Notes: generated by a model from the sequence alone, not told the origin. A DNA stretch of 64,000 nt from Candidatus Latescibacterota bacterium (GCA_965248755.1 OZ252149.1:4344680-4408679), one strand, 5' to 3'. Counted from the first letter of the stretch, positions 46,597 to 58,927 are shown. Made by a program: numbers and translations.

Positions 46597-47180
46597 AAAT
46601 TTTCACTCACATATATGTAGCATCAAGCCCATTCAACCGCGGCGGTCACGATAGGTTGCGCTATCTAATTGTCGCTGTTGTTGAGCAACTGATGCTTGGT
46701 TTTGTATGGTAGATATGCGGCATCTCCCTCTTTAAACTGCTTAGGACTCACCATGCCCTTCATAAAGTATTACCATGGACCTTCCCAATTCTGGAAGGAT
46801 CATTCGAAGAAAGTGAGAAATCAGTGGTAGCACACCTGCTTCGGCTGCAATGCCTGATGCAAAAACAAAGAGCCTGCAATCAGGGCAATTTAGTTTCTTT
46901 CGGAGGTAAGAGAGTACTGATGGAACGCTATGCAGAGACGAGGGCACTCCGGCCCTTAGGGTTTATTCGCAGATCTCCTCCCATCTGGGGTGGCAGGAGA
47001 TTACGTAATGCTCACTGCGCCTCGCCCTAGGGTGCGGTAGCCAATCCCTGCATTGGATAGGTGTATTCAAATCAACCTAGGGGACAGCTCAGACCTGCCG
47101 CTAGGTCTTGATAGGTCGCTTGTATTCTACCGAACCAACGCTACTAAAAATTAAATAGCCCTGCTTGACATCTTGCAGTA

Positions 47181-47209
47181 TTGACAAACAGATAGGAAAA
47201 GTTTATATT
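47181..47209 (+). promoter_or_regulatory. Candidate sigma70-type promoter upstream of coaX
   Basis: TTGACA, 17 nt, TATATT. Confidence 0.4.
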
Positions 47210-47395
47210 CTCAAATAACTCAGATGGTCATAGAAGATGCTGGTGGACTACGGAAGTTACTGAAATATCCAGGTGTTTCAGGTAAGTTTTCTTCAAGGAC
47301 TTTCAGAAGGGCAATTATATGCCAGTATTTGCGCGGGAACGTCTAACTATCCTAAAGGAGAGCGGCTTGGCTCCATAAGTGGCTTAGAGAATACG

Positions 47396-48169
47396 ATGCT
47401 TGTGGCGGTAGACGTAGGAAATTCAAATGTCTCGGTGGGGGTTTTTGCCGGGGACTTTCTTGAAGGGAGTTGGAAGTTTCCTGCTGATCAGAATCGGTCT
47501 GTGGAAGAATATGTTCATGATATATTGGTCGCCTTCAGGGACAGCGGAGTGTGTTGGGGAAGCGTAAAGCACACGGTTATATCCTCCGTCGTCAGCGAAA
47601 TGGCGGATAAGTTCGTCGCAGTCTCCGGTGAACTTTTCGGGAAGGACGGGATCGTAGCTTCTACCCATATGGATCTTGGGTTAGAAATTGACCTTAAATG
47701 TCCTGAAGGCGTGGGTATAGACAGGCTCCTTGAGGCATCTGCTGCCTACGAATTATACAAAGGACCGTGTGTAGTTGTGGACGTCGGAACAGCTATAACT
47801 GTAGATGCCGTGTCTGTGGATGGTAAGTTCTTAGGGGGGGCTATAGCGCCGGGCTTGAAGATGTCTCTAAAGGCTCTCTCCAAAGGAACGAGCCTGCTCC
47901 CGTGGGTCGAGTTGAGCAAGCCTGATTCTGTGATAGGTAAAGATAGCCCCCATTGCATGCGATCGGGAGTAGTATATGGCTCTGTGGGACTGATAGATGG
48001 ACTTGTAGAGAAAATGAAGGAAATATTAGGACAGGGGACCAAGGTGATAGCCACTGGGGGGGATGCTGAACTCATATCTGGGGAATTGAAATCGATTCAA
48101 GAAGTAGATCTATGTTTAGTCCTAAAAGGATTAAGGTCTGCCTATATAAGAAATTGGGGGACAATATGA
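47396..48169 (+). CDS. coaX: Type III pantothenate kinase
   Basis: MLVAVDVGNSNVSVGVF N-terminus and ...VVDVGTAITVD... Start moved to the ATG at 47396. Confidence 0.85.
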   Translation: MLVAVDVGNSNVSVGVFAGDFLEGSWKFPADQNRSVEEYVHDILVAFRDSGVCWGSVKHTVISSVVSEMADKFVAVSGELFGKDGIVASTHMDLGLEIDLKCPEGVGIDRLLEASAAYELYKGPCVVVDVGTAITVDAVSVDGKFLGGAIAPGLKMSLKALSKGTSLLPWVELSKPDSVIGKDSPHCMRSGVVYGSVGLIDGLVEKMKEILGQGTKVIATGGDAELISGELKSIQEVDLCLVLKGLRSAYIRNWGTI

Positions 48170-48266
48170 AAGCAGTAGAAAGTTAAGAGTACAGAGCATA
48201 GGGGGAAACCCTGTTTAGAAACTATTGCCTACTTATAATAACGCAGCCGACCAGGAGGATAAGAAT

Positions 48267-48872
48267 ATGTCACAGGAGAGTCTAGCAGATAGCTATTTGG
48301 AGGAAATCTTGGGGGACATATATCCGAAAGTTGAGACTTTGAAGGACGGTACTGAAATTACCGTAAAGTTATTAGAGAGCGGGGATAAGGAGGAGCTTGT
48401 GGAGTTTTTCCGTCATATTCAGGCCAGAGACAGGATGTTCCTCAAGGACGATGTTACAGATGAGTCCGTTATTCAAGGATGGTGTACAAATATAGACCTC
48501 GGGAGAGTTATCCCTTTAGTGGCGAAGACAGAAGGAAAGATTGTAGCCGACGCTACACTCCATCATCAAAAGATGGGCTGGATGAGGCGCGTGGGACAGG
48601 TTCGGGTCGTAGTGCATTCTGACTATAGGCGTCGCGGCTTATCGGCTCTGCTGTTGAGTGAGTTGTCGGACATAGCCCTGCACGCCGGACTGGACAGGTT
48701 AAACGCCGAATGTATGATAGAACAGCATGGGGCTATTCAGATGTTTCTGGATATAGGTTATATTCAGGCGGCAACGCTCGCGGACCAGGTCATAGACCTA
48801 AGAGGACAGCCTCACGATCTGGTGATATTGGTAAACGATCTAAGGGATAGGGAATATCCCGAATTGGATTAA
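48267..48872 (+). CDS. GNAT-family N-acetyltransferase
   Basis: AGGAGGA SD plus ATG at 48267. Acetyl-CoA-binding-type segment VVVHSDYRRRGLSALLL. Confidence 0.75.
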   Translation: MSQESLADSYLEEILGDIYPKVETLKDGTEITVKLLESGDKEELVEFFRHIQARDRMFLKDDVTDESVIQGWCTNIDLGRVIPLVAKTEGKIVADATLHHQKMGWMRRVGQVRVVVHSDYRRRGLSALLLSELSDIALHAGLDRLNAECMIEQHGAIQMFLDIGYIQAATLADQVIDLRGQPHDLVILVNDLRDREYPELD

Positions 48873-49026
48873 AATTATAAAGAGTGTTAAAAGCTTGACT
48901 CTCTGTACCCTGAAAATGTAGCCAGTTTAGTAGGAGTTTTTTATTTTTTGGTGCTGAATTAGACAAAGAACATTTATTTTATATGCTTTCTCAAAGTCCA
49001 AAGCGTTACCGAGAAAGAGGATCCAA

Positions 49027-49473
49027 ATGAGCCGAAAATAATCGTAGCAATCCTGCTGAGTATCTTGTTGCATACCGCATGTAGTTCTACAAAACCCCTT
49101 GCAAGCTTTATAAGCGCCTTTGACGAGCCTGGGATATGGCAAACTGTTGAGATTTGAGAAGGGCTGAAGAAGGAAGTTTTATGGCAAATAGTATCGGATG
49201 GCTTAACTCAAAAAGTTGACCTGAAGGTGATCGACAAAGATAGTGGTTAGATACGTACTTCGTGAAAGTACAGTTACAGCGCTATAGGAAGGATCAATGA
49301 AAAATATAGAACGCGTGTATCCTCAAATTGATGGGCAAGGACGGGAAAATCTTTCAGTCCAGTCGGAGGCTAATTGGCTGAGTAAGGGTGGATCGGTACT
49401 TGGGAATGATACAAGGTTGTTAGAGGATATATACGGTGATCTTCAGGGGAGAATAGGGAGCGTGCGTGGCTAA
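49027..49473 (+). pseudogene. Possible decayed lipoprotein gene (the last 58 codons, 49297-49473, remain an open frame)
   Basis: ATG-AGC-CGA-AAA, then a 1-nt slip into IIVAILLSILLHTACSS (lipobox-like). The middle has in-frame stops. The 3' part MKNIERVYPQIDGQGRENLSVQSEANW...RIGSVRG is open. Confidence 0.3.
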
Positions 49474-49552
49474 AACTTCCGTTGCGCATCACTCCCACGT
49501 AAGCATTTTCCCTTAATAGAGAAAGTCCTGATCCTTACCGAGTAAAAAGTTC

Positions 49553-49581
49553 TTGACAGGGAAGGAATTGTTTCATATATT
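49553..49581 (+). promoter_or_regulatory. sigma70-type promoter of groESL
   Basis: TTGACA (49553-49558), 17 nt, TATATT (49576-49581), directly abutting CIRCE. Confidence 0.6.
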
Positions 49582-49583
49582 TA

Positions 49584-49610
49584 TTAGCACTCAGATGATA
49601 AGAGTGCTAA
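49584..49610 (+). promoter_or_regulatory. CIRCE operator (HrcA binding site)
   Basis: TTAGCACTC-N9-GAGTGCTAA is an exact match to the CIRCE consensus, upstream of groES. Confidence 0.9.
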
Positions 49611-49668
49611 AATCCTAACGTAATAAGAGTCTGTTCACAATTACTTATTGGCAGGAGGAGAAAGCAGA

Positions 49669-49959
49669 ATGAAGGTGAAACCACTGGGCGACCGTGTTTT
49701 GATTAAGCCCGTTGAAGAAGAGGAACAGATCAAAGGTGGTATAATTATTCCGGATACTGCAAAGGAGAAGCCTCAAGAAGGAGAAGTCATCGCTGCGGGA
49801 CCCGGAAGGATCACAGAATCAGGAGATAAGCTCGCCATGGAGGTAAAAAGTGGCGACAGGGTCCTGTATGGGAAATATTCAGGCACCGAGGTGCGTTTGA
49901 ACGATGTGGAGCATCTTATTATGCCAGAGAGTGATATTTTAGCTGTTATCGAAGATTAG
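49669..49959 (+). CDS. groES: Co-chaperonin GroES
   Basis: [14 protein letters not shown]... 96 aa. Start set to the ATG at 49669. Confidence 0.95.
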   Translation: MKVKPLGDRVLIKPVEEEEQIKGGIIIPDTAKEKPQEGEVIAAGPGRITESGDKLAMEVKSGDRVLYGKYSGTEVRLNDVEHLIMPESDILAVIED

Positions 49960-51615
<1,656 letters not shown>

Positions 51616-51641
51616 TAAGAAGTTGAGGTCAATTCTCTTCG

Positions 51642-51677
51642 AGCCCCCATAGGAACTCCCTGTGGGGGCTTCTTATT
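51642..51677 (+). terminator. Rho-independent terminator after groEL
   Basis: 12-bp stem (51642-51653 pairs with 51659-70, incl. one G-U), 5-nt loop, followed by ttcttatt. Confidence 0.6.
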
Positions 51678-51699
51678 GCGGACAAAAAATGCTCTGCAA

Positions 51700-51728
51700 T
51701 TAACAAAAATTACGCTATGGGGTATAAT
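51700..51728 (+). promoter_or_regulatory. Candidate promoter of the homocysteine methyltransferase gene
   Basis: TTAACA, 17 nt, TATAAT. Confidence 0.4.
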
Positions 51729-51794
51729 TCTGAAAGAGAGGGGAAGAATACAGATTGTCAAGTTTGCTGAAATTCAAAGCAGAGGGAAAGGGCC

Positions 51795-52673
51795 ATGAGA
51801 GACTTTTCGGAACGTTTGAAGCAAGAGATTTTAGTGTCTGAGTGCGCTATGGGGACTATGCTTCAAGGCATAGGGCTTCAGACGGGCGTGGAATTCGGGG
51901 AGGAGTGGAACCTTACGGCAAGGGAGAAGGTTCAGTCGATTCACAAAGCAAACATAGATGCGGGAGCAGATATTGTATTTACAAATACGTTTGGGGCAAA
52001 TAGGTTCAGACTTGAGCATTACGGACTTGCCGAGAAGAGCGGGGAAATCAATAGTAAAGCTGCCGAGAACATTAGGGAGATAGCGCCAGATTCCGTGTAT
52101 GTGGCCGGGAATATGGGCCCTTCGGGAGGGATACTGGAAATCTGGGGTGGAAATAAGTCCCCTGAGGAGATATATGAGGCGTTCGTGGAACAGGTATTGG
52201 CTCTTTCAGACGGAGGAATAGACCTGGTGATAGTTGAGACTATGATGGACCTGGAGGAGGCTAAGATCGCAGCTCGGGCTTCAAAAGAGAATACAAACCT
52301 TCCCGTAATAGTTTCTATGTCTTTCGATAAGGATAGGAACGGTTACAGGACTCCCTGGGGGATAAGCCCTCAGATGGCGGTGGAAGAATTAGCTGCCGCA
52401 GGCGCAGATGTGGTGGGAGCAAATTGTCAGATTACCATAGCAGATATGGTAGGTTTAGCGGCTGAATTTAGGGCGTGCACAGACATGCCCATCATAGTGC
52501 AGCCGAACGCCGGAAATCCGGAGATGATAAAAGGAGTCACGTATTACAGACAGACAGCCCGGGACATGGCAGAATACTTAGACGAGCTTATAGCGGAAGG
52601 TCCTAATATAGTAGGCGGCTGCTGCGGCACAACTCCCGAGTACACAGAGCTGGTGGCCGAAAAAGTCAAGTAA
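51795..52673 (+). CDS. Homocysteine S-methyltransferase domain protein (stand-alone MetH-N-like)
   Basis: Zinc-ligand contexts GANCQI and GGCCGTTPEY. 292 aa. Confidence 0.8.
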   Translation: MRDFSERLKQEILVSECAMGTMLQGIGLQTGVEFGEEWNLTAREKVQSIHKANIDAGADIVFTNTFGANRFRLEHYGLAEKSGEINSKAAENIREIAPDSVYVAGNMGPSGGILEIWGGNKSPEEIYEAFVEQVLALSDGGIDLVIVETMMDLEEAKIAARASKENTNLPVIVSMSFDKDRNGYRTPWGISPQMAVEELAAAGADVVGANCQITIADMVGLAAEFRACTDMPIIVQPNAGNPEMIKGVTYYRQTARDMAEYLDELIAEGPNIVGGCCGTTPEYTELVAEKVK

Positions 52674-52686
52674 CAGGGCGTGATAG

Positions 52687-53529
52687 ATGGGATTTATAAT
52701 CGTCAGCCTTTTTATGTTTGCCACCTTCAGTCAGTTTATGAAGTTGACTGTGCACAAAGGATACAATCGCTTTGCCATAGCAACCATAAACTATTTGGTT
52801 GCCGCTCTGGCGGTGGGCTTGTATGAGCTGAATATAGGGATTTGTAAGTTCAACGGAAAAGTTATCGGGTTGGGGATATTGACGGGAATCTCTTTTACCG
52901 CGGGTCTGCTGTCCCAATTTAGGGGGATAGGGATAGGAGGGCTGTCAGTAACTCAGACTGTATCTCGGCTCTCCGTGTTGGTTCCTATCAGTCTGTCGAT
53001 AATCATCTGGCACGAGACTCCAAGTTCGGGGCAAATAGCAGGGATACTATTCATCGTGTTGGCCTTAGTGTTGCTTAGCAAGAAAAGTAGCGTGGTCGTC
53101 TCCGAGAATTCGAGCAGATGGTCTGTGTGGATTCTGCTTTCGCTTATTATCCCTGCAGGTGCGAGCTCGACGATGTCGAAATTAGTGCACGAGGTGGGCT
53201 TGGACGACTACAGATCGGCCTATCTTTTTGTGCTTTATATATCTGCGACAGTTTTATCGGGGGCAGTTTTTTATTTTAAGAGGGATAAGATAAGCCGAGT
53301 GGAAGTTCTTATAGGGGTCTTGTTGGGGTTATGTAACGTGTCAGGAGTGTGGAGTCTGCTGATAGCTTTATCACAGCTCAAAGGTGTGGTGGCCTTTCCT
53401 ATTATGAGCTCGGGCGCGGTGATCATAGTAACTATATTATCTACGGTGATATGGAAGGAGCATCTGCCATTGAGGGGTGTCTTTGGAATCCTGTGCGCTG
53501 TGGCGGCGCTGATACTTGTAAATCTGTGA
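52687..53529 (+). CDS. EamA/DMT-superfamily permease
   Basis: 280 aa, about 10 hydrophobic segments, two-fold internal symmetry. Confidence 0.65.
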   Translation: MGFIIVSLFMFATFSQFMKLTVHKGYNRFAIATINYLVAALAVGLYELNIGICKFNGKVIGLGILTGISFTAGLLSQFRGIGIGGLSVTQTVSRLSVLVPISLSIIIWHETPSSGQIAGILFIVLALVLLSKKSSVVVSENSSRWSVWILLSLIIPAGASSTMSKLVHEVGLDDYRSAYLFVLYISATVLSGAVFYFKRDKISRVEVLIGVLLGLCNVSGVWSLLIALSQLKGVVAFPIMSSGAVIIVTILSTVIWKEHLPLRGVFGILCAVAALILVNL

Positions 53530-53674
53530 AATTACCCTATTGGCCCTCTACTGTGAGCCGCATCACAGTACAGATGCTAATATGTGATTACATTTGACAA
53601 TAAGGCAATTTTGAATTACTCGTTGCCGGAGCGTTTTTCGGATTTTTAGGGCTTTAACAATAAAAAGGCATACG

Positions 53675-56600
53675 ATGAGAACAATGCTCATATTTCCGGC
53701 TCTGCTCCTTGTAATACTATCCTTCATAATTGATGTTCAAGCACAACAAAACAGTAAGTACGTTGAACATCAAGTGATTGTTAAGATGAGTGGAAAGATT
53801 CAAGCAGCGGATATCGTAACTATGAGAGAGAACCTTAATGCTTCAGTGCTCAAGAAATTTTGGATCGTTAACGCTGAACTTTGGGAAACACCCGGAATTA
53901 CCGTGGAAGATGCTATCTATCAATATCGTAATGACCCTCGTATCGAATATATTGAACCGAACTATCGTGTCTGGGCTGTTCAAACTATCCCGAACGATAC
54001 CAGCTTTTCTCAGCTTTGGGGATTGCACAATATCGGGCAGATAGGCGGAACAGTCGATGCAGACATCGATGCTGTTGAGGCCTGGGACATCCAAACCGGA
54101 GATTCCGTGTTGGTGGGCGTAATAGATACAGGCGTAGACTGGACGCACGAAGACCTTGCGGATAATATCTGGACTAATCCGGGAGAGATCCCAGATAACG
54201 GTATTGATGATGATGGAAACGGTTACATCGATGACGTCAGAGGATGGGACTTTGTAAACAAGGATAATGATCCTATGGACGACAATGGTCACGGAACTCA
54301 CGTAGCCGGGACCATTGCTGCTGTCGGAAATAATGGAATAGGCGTTGTTGGAGTCTCTTGGTCGGCACAAATAATGCCGCTTAAGTTTTTGGAAGCCGAT
54401 GGTTCCGGAATTACCTCCGATGCGATTCTGGCAATAGAATATGCGATGATTATGAGGTCAAAATTAACTAACAATAGTTGGGGTAGCAGTGGATTCTCCC
54501 AAGCTTTATATGATGTGATAGCTGTTTCAGGGAACGCTAACATCCTCTTCATAGCCGCCGCAGGGAATGGAGGTGATGATAACATCGGAGATGATAATGA
54601 TCAGGTTCCCCACTATCCCTCCAACTACGATTTGGACAATATCATTTCCGTTGCGTCTACAGATCACAACGATGTAAGATCTCCCTTCTCCAACTTCGGC
54701 CTTACCTCAGTCGATCTAGGAGCTCCGAGCTCAAGTATTCTCAGCACGGTGCCAGGAGATACTTACAGCTTTCTCATCGGGACCTCTATGGCTACACCAC
54801 ATGTGTCCGGCGCTGCCGCTTTGATTTGGGCTCAATATCCAGATCTGACGAATCTTCAGGTCAAGAATAGGATTATGAGCACTGTAGATCCGATCCCTGC
54901 GTTAGGTGGCAGATCGGTTACAGGTGGAAGACTGAATGCCTTTGGTGCATTAGCAGGACCGGATAGTATCCCACCGGATACCGTGACCGATTTAGCCGCA
55001 GCAGACCCGACCTCAAATTCTATAACGCTTACATGGACAGCCAGCGGCGATGACAGCACCTTCGGCACAGCAGCGTATTATGATATCCGATATGTAACCT
55101 CTCCGATCGATTTCGGGAATTTTGATTTGGCTACTGAAGTTTTGAACGAACCGGATCCTCAAGAGGCTGGTTCTACGGAGACGTTCACAACGGGTGGACT
55201 AGGTTTCAATACGACCTACTATTTTGCCCTGAAAGTTTTTGATGAGCAGGGGAATGGGTCAGAAGTCTCTAACTCGCCATCGGCTGCCACGTTGGGCATA
55301 CCCGATATTTCAGTTACACCGGATTCTCTGAGCGATAGTCTGCTCACAGCAAGCGCATCTACTCAAATCCTGACTATATACAATGTAGGAGAGGGAACGT
55401 TAGACTTTACTTTTCCGGATTTTGCTTCTGCCGCTTTATTAAACACGCCAGGGATTGAAAGGAACGACGTCTCAAGTCGTTTTGAGCATTTAGAACTCGA
55501 AAAGGGGCTGACAGATCTGCAAGAGGGGAATCCCCTCCTTTTAGGAGCAGGAGGCCCAGATGGCTTTGGCTATCGGTGGATCGATAGCGATGAACCGGGT
55601 GGACCCATCTTTAACTGGATTGAAATATCGAAAGTCGGGACATCGATATTGTTACTTGATGATGATGTTGAGGAAGTCGCTCTGCCTTTTACATTTCCGT
55701 TTTATGGAGAAGCAAAGACAACCCTCAAGATCTCCTCGAATGGCTATCTTGCGTTTAGTGCAGATGGGACAGATTTCTCAAATGATCCTATTCCAGATCC
55801 TGTTGATCCCAATGACTTAATTGCGCCATTTTGGGACGATTTGAATCCGAGCGCTGACGACACTATCTTTTACTATCACGACACTGATCAAAATCGATTT
55901 ATTGTGCAGTACACTGGGCTTCCTCACTATGATGTTGGAGGGCCCTACACTTTCCAAGTTATCTTGTACCCTGATGGCAGTATGCTCTTTCAGTATCTGG
56001 ATATGCTCCCTCCTTTGGATAGTGCCACGATAGGCGTCGAAAACCTAGATGCTTCCGATGGCTTACAAGTAGCTTTTAACACAGACTTTATCCATGATAG
56101 TCTCGCCGTTAGTATCTCAGCTATTCCTCAATGGTTAAGCCTTAATCCTGTATCTGGCACTCTTCTACCGGGTTCATCGGCGGACATTGCTGTAAACTTC
56201 GATGCAACAGGTTTGAACGGCGGCAATTATGATGCACATATTGTGATTGCAAGCAACGATCCGGATGAGCCACAGGTACGAGTTCCTGCGCATCTGCATG
56301 TGACAGGTGTGCCGGATATTGCTGTTTCCCCGGATACTTTGGATTATGGCTTTGCCCTCATTGGAGCATCTGTCGACGATACGCTGATTGTCTCGAATAT
56401 AGGGACCGATACATTGACGGTGAGCAGCATTGTATCGGACAATCCAAATTATACCGTAGATTTAACCGGTCTTAGCTTATCTCCCGGAGAAAGTCAGGAG
56501 GCGTTGGTAAGTTTTGCGCCGGTAGATACAGGAATAAGTAGCGGGACATTGACGATAACAAGTGATGATCCGGATGCACCCATGGTGACGGTGACGCTAA

Positions 56601-58747
56601 CTGGCGAGGGATTAATTGCACCGAATATTTCTGTTTCTCCAGATTCGTTAAGTGCAGATTTGCGAACTGGAGAGACATCGGAACAGTTATTGACAATCAA
56701 GAACACCGGTGGCAGTGATTTGACTTTTGATATTTCGATTGAAGGATTGGCAGCTGCTTCAGTGTTGGTAGAAGTTAGTTCCAGGAGTTTCGAGCGAAGA
56801 TTAACTATTCAATTGCAGGATAATCCACAAAAGGAATGGAGCGACTATCGGCAAATTCGTCAGGTAAAGATGGCGATGAAGAAGCTACATCGCAAGGAAG
56901 ATGCTCTGAGAACGTCGCTTCCTGTTGTGATAGAGGATCCTGTTGGTGATGGCGGCGTTGTTGACGTAACCGTTCTTCGGGGCGCCAGTACATCGAACAA
57001 ACTTCAGATCGAGATGCAATTTAATACAGAAATTGATCCATTCAATTTTGGCGGTTTTCTTTCACTTGATATAGATCAAAACCCCAGTACAGGTCTTCCT
57101 CCAACTTTCGGGTTCGCTGGACAAGATATCGGTGCAGATTATGAATTTCGGTTTTTCACAGTTAGCAGCGGTTTCGTGGGACTTTATGATGTCATATCAG
57201 GTTTTGTAGGTGCCTATCCTGTTGAAGTTGGGATACATACCTTGCGTTTTTCTGCACCGCTGTCTGATATTGGCAATGATGATGGAAACATGGATGTCAC
57301 GGGAGCTATAGGAGACGCATTTGGCTCTACGGATTGGTTCCCAGATGCAGGTCATGGAACTATCAATGGCGTCAGTTGGTTGTCAGTAACGCCCACCTTG
57401 GGCACCGTGCCAACAGGTAGCAGCGTGGACATTGCAATAATCTTTGATACCACGGACTTGGACATCGGTGATTACAACGCCAACATCGTGGTGAGAAGCA
57501 ACGATCCGGATGAGCCAGAAGTTCGAGTTCCTGCACATGTGCATGTAAGGGAAAATAGCTCACCCGGATCCTTTACCCGATTACTCCCTGCAGATAGCAG
57601 TCTTGTCCTGCCTCAAGCCGTAATCTTCCGCTGGACAGCGGCTCCCGATGTGGATATGATTATCTATTCGCTGTCCATCAGCGTAAATGGGATCGATATG
57701 ACCTTCACCTTGAAAGACACTACACTGACGCTTGATTTCCAGACGTTCGGCTTGCCGAACGATCAGCTTCCGTTGACATGGTCTGTGCTCGCCTCCGACG
57801 GCATTTCAACCTCAGCCCCTACCAACAGGCAAGGACACTTCACGCTGGATAACCTCTTCCTGTTTGGCGATCCTTCGGGCAACATTTCAATCAGCGCTTT
57901 TGATGCCACATTGGTGCTGCGACACTCCGTGGGACTTTTGACGCTGGCAGGCAGTGCCGCGCTGGCCTCGGATGTCTCCGGAAATGGCCTGATCAGTGCC
58001 TTTGATGCCTCCTTGATCCTGCAATACGTCGTCGGGATCATCGACTGTTTTCCTGTCGCTCAGGGCTGTGGGGCACCACTGGCTAAGAGGACAAGCGTTA
58101 GAGGTACACTCGGCTGGTCTGATGTCAGATCGGTCGATCTTTCTGAACTTGTTAGTCTGCCTATCCTCTGGAGCGGAGAAGTAGGAAGGGTTACTTCAGC
58201 GCAGTTCACCGTCCAGATTGACCCGACGCAGGTGACGGTTGAAAAAGTAGTCGCTCATGTACCTCAAGACTGGCAGTTGGTCTATAGCTTGGGGGACAGT
58301 GTGCTGTATGTAGCGATGGCCGGGGTGACCCCAATCTCGGCAGGCGATCTGGCAACTATCACACTGCAGGTGCACGATCCAGTAGCACAGGTAACACTGC
58401 ACGGTGTGGGGTTCGTGAATGAAAACGCTGTACAGGAGCTCGGCGCGGTTGCGATCTCACAGGCGCCGACAGAATATGTCTTAGAGCAGAACTATCCCAA
58501 TCCGTTCAACCCTACCACAGAGATTATGTATCAGCTGCCAGGGGCTTCGGAGGTACACCTGGTCATCTACGACCTATTGGGTCAAAAGGTGCGGACTCTG
58601 GTGAACACTCAACAGGCGGCGGGGTTCTATAGAGTCCAGTGGGACGGACAAAATGACGCGGGTGTGGATGTCGCATCGGGCGTCTATGTGCATCGAATCT
58701 GGACGAAGAACTATCAGCAGACGAGGAAGATGTTGCTGTTGAAATAA
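53675..58747 (+). CDS. Giant secreted subtilisin-like (S8) serine protease with Ig-like/Fn3-like arrays, dockerin-like pair, cohesin-like domain and T9SS CTD
   Basis: Signal peptide. Catalytic triad contexts VGVIDTGVDWTHEDL, HGTHVAGTIAA and GTSMATPHVSGAAAL. Repeated ...SNDPDEP.VRVPAH.HV modules. GDPSGNISISAFDATLVLRHSVG, SDVSGNGLISAFDASLILQYVVG, NYPNPFNPTTEIMYQLP...RKMLLLK. Confidence 0.9.
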   Translation: MRTMLIFPALLLVILSFIIDVQAQQNSKYVEHQVIVKMSGKIQAADIVTMRENLNASVLKKFWIVNAELWETPGITVEDAIYQYRNDPRIEYIEPNYRVWAVQTIPNDTSFSQLWGLHNIGQIGGTVDADIDAVEAWDIQTGDSVLVGVIDTGVDWTHEDLADNIWTNPGEIPDNGIDDDGNGYIDDVRGWDFVNKDNDPMDDNGHGTHVAGTIAAVGNNGIGVVGVSWSAQIMPLKFLEADGSGITSDAILAIEYAMIMRSKLTNNSWGSSGFSQALYDVIAVSGNANILFIAAAGNGGDDNIGDDNDQVPHYPSNYDLDNIISVASTDHNDVRSPFSNFGLTSVDLGAPSSSILSTVPGDTYSFLIGTSMATPHVSGAAALIWAQYPDLTNLQVKNRIMSTVDPIPALGGRSVTGGRLNAFGALAGPDSIPPDTVTDLAAADPTSNSITLTWTASGDDSTFGTAAYYDIRYVTSPIDFGNFDLATEVLNEPDPQEAGSTETFTTGGLGFNTTYYFALKVFDEQGNGSEVSNSPSAATLGIPDISVTPDSLSDSLLTASASTQILTIYNVGEGTLDFTFPDFASAALLNTPGIERNDVSSRFEHLELEKGLTDLQEGNPLLLGAGGPDGFGYRWIDSDEPGGPIFNWIEISKVGTSILLLDDDVEEVALPFTFPFYGEAKTTLKISSNGYLAFSADGTDFSNDPIPDPVDPNDLIAPFWDDLNPSADDTIFYYHDTDQNRFIVQYTGLPHYDVGGPYTFQVILYPDGSMLFQYLDMLPPLDSATIGVENLDASDGLQVAFNTDFIHDSLAVSISAIPQWLSLNPVSGTLLPGSSADIAVNFDATGLNGGNYDAHIVIASNDPDEPQVRVPAHLHVTGVPDIAVSPDTLDYGFALIGASVDDTLIVSNIGTDTLTVSSIVSDNPNYTVDLTGLSLSPGESQEALVSFAPVDTGISSGTLTITSDDPDAPMVTVTLTGEGLIAPNISVSPDSLSADLRTGETSEQLLTIKNTGGSDLTFDISIEGLAAASVLVEVSSRSFERRLTIQLQDNPQKEWSDYRQIRQVKMAMKKLHRKEDALRTSLPVVIEDPVGDGGVVDVTVLRGASTSNKLQIEMQFNTEIDPFNFGGFLSLDIDQNPSTGLPPTFGFAGQDIGADYEFRFFTVSSGFVGLYDVISGFVGAYPVEVGIHTLRFSAPLSDIGNDDGNMDVTGAIGDAFGSTDWFPDAGHGTINGVSWLSVTPTLGTVPTGSSVDIAIIFDTTDLDIGDYNANIVVRSNDPDEPEVRVPAHVHVRENSSPGSFTRLLPADSSLVLPQAVIFRWTAAPDVDMIIYSLSISVNGIDMTFTLKDTTLTLDFQTFGLPNDQLPLTWSVLASDGISTSAPTNRQGHFTLDNLFLFGDPSGNISISAFDATLVLRHSVGLLTLAGSAALASDVSGNGLISAFDASLILQYVVGIIDCFPVAQGCGAPLAKRTSVRGTLGWSDVRSVDLSELVSLPILWSGEVGRVTSAQFTVQIDPTQVTVEKVVAHVPQDWQLVYSLGDSVLYVAMAGVTPISAGDLATITLQVHDPVAQVTLHGVGFVNENAVQELGAVAISQAPTEYVLEQNYPNPFNPTTEIMYQLPGASEVHLVIYDLLGQKVRTLVNTQQAAGFYRVQWDGQNDAGVDVASGVYVHRIWTKNYQQTRKMLLLK

Positions 58748-58927
58748 CAAATAAACTGCATAAGTCTCTCCAAACTCATATAAATCACCACGCAAAAGAA
58801 CGATGTGTTCCTCTTTCATCTGTCCATCTGTTCTGCTTACCTTTGCAAAGATGTTCTGATTTCCCCTAACCTCCTAAGTATCCTATCATATTCCCGACTT
58901 GTGCAGAAAGGCTACACGAGTTTTACC

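Noticed and set aside
46597-47395. tRNA fragment, att site or integrase remnant at the right border of the GC-rich island
   Set aside because: Only local hairpins were seen (for example atctcct...aggagat around 46970-47005). I could find no tRNA-like T-arm or integrase-like frame.
51729-51794. SAM or other methionine-related riboswitch upstream of the homocysteine methyltransferase gene
   Set aside because: The leader is about 65 nt and has no SAM-I, SAM-II or SAM-SAH consensus elements that I can recognise.
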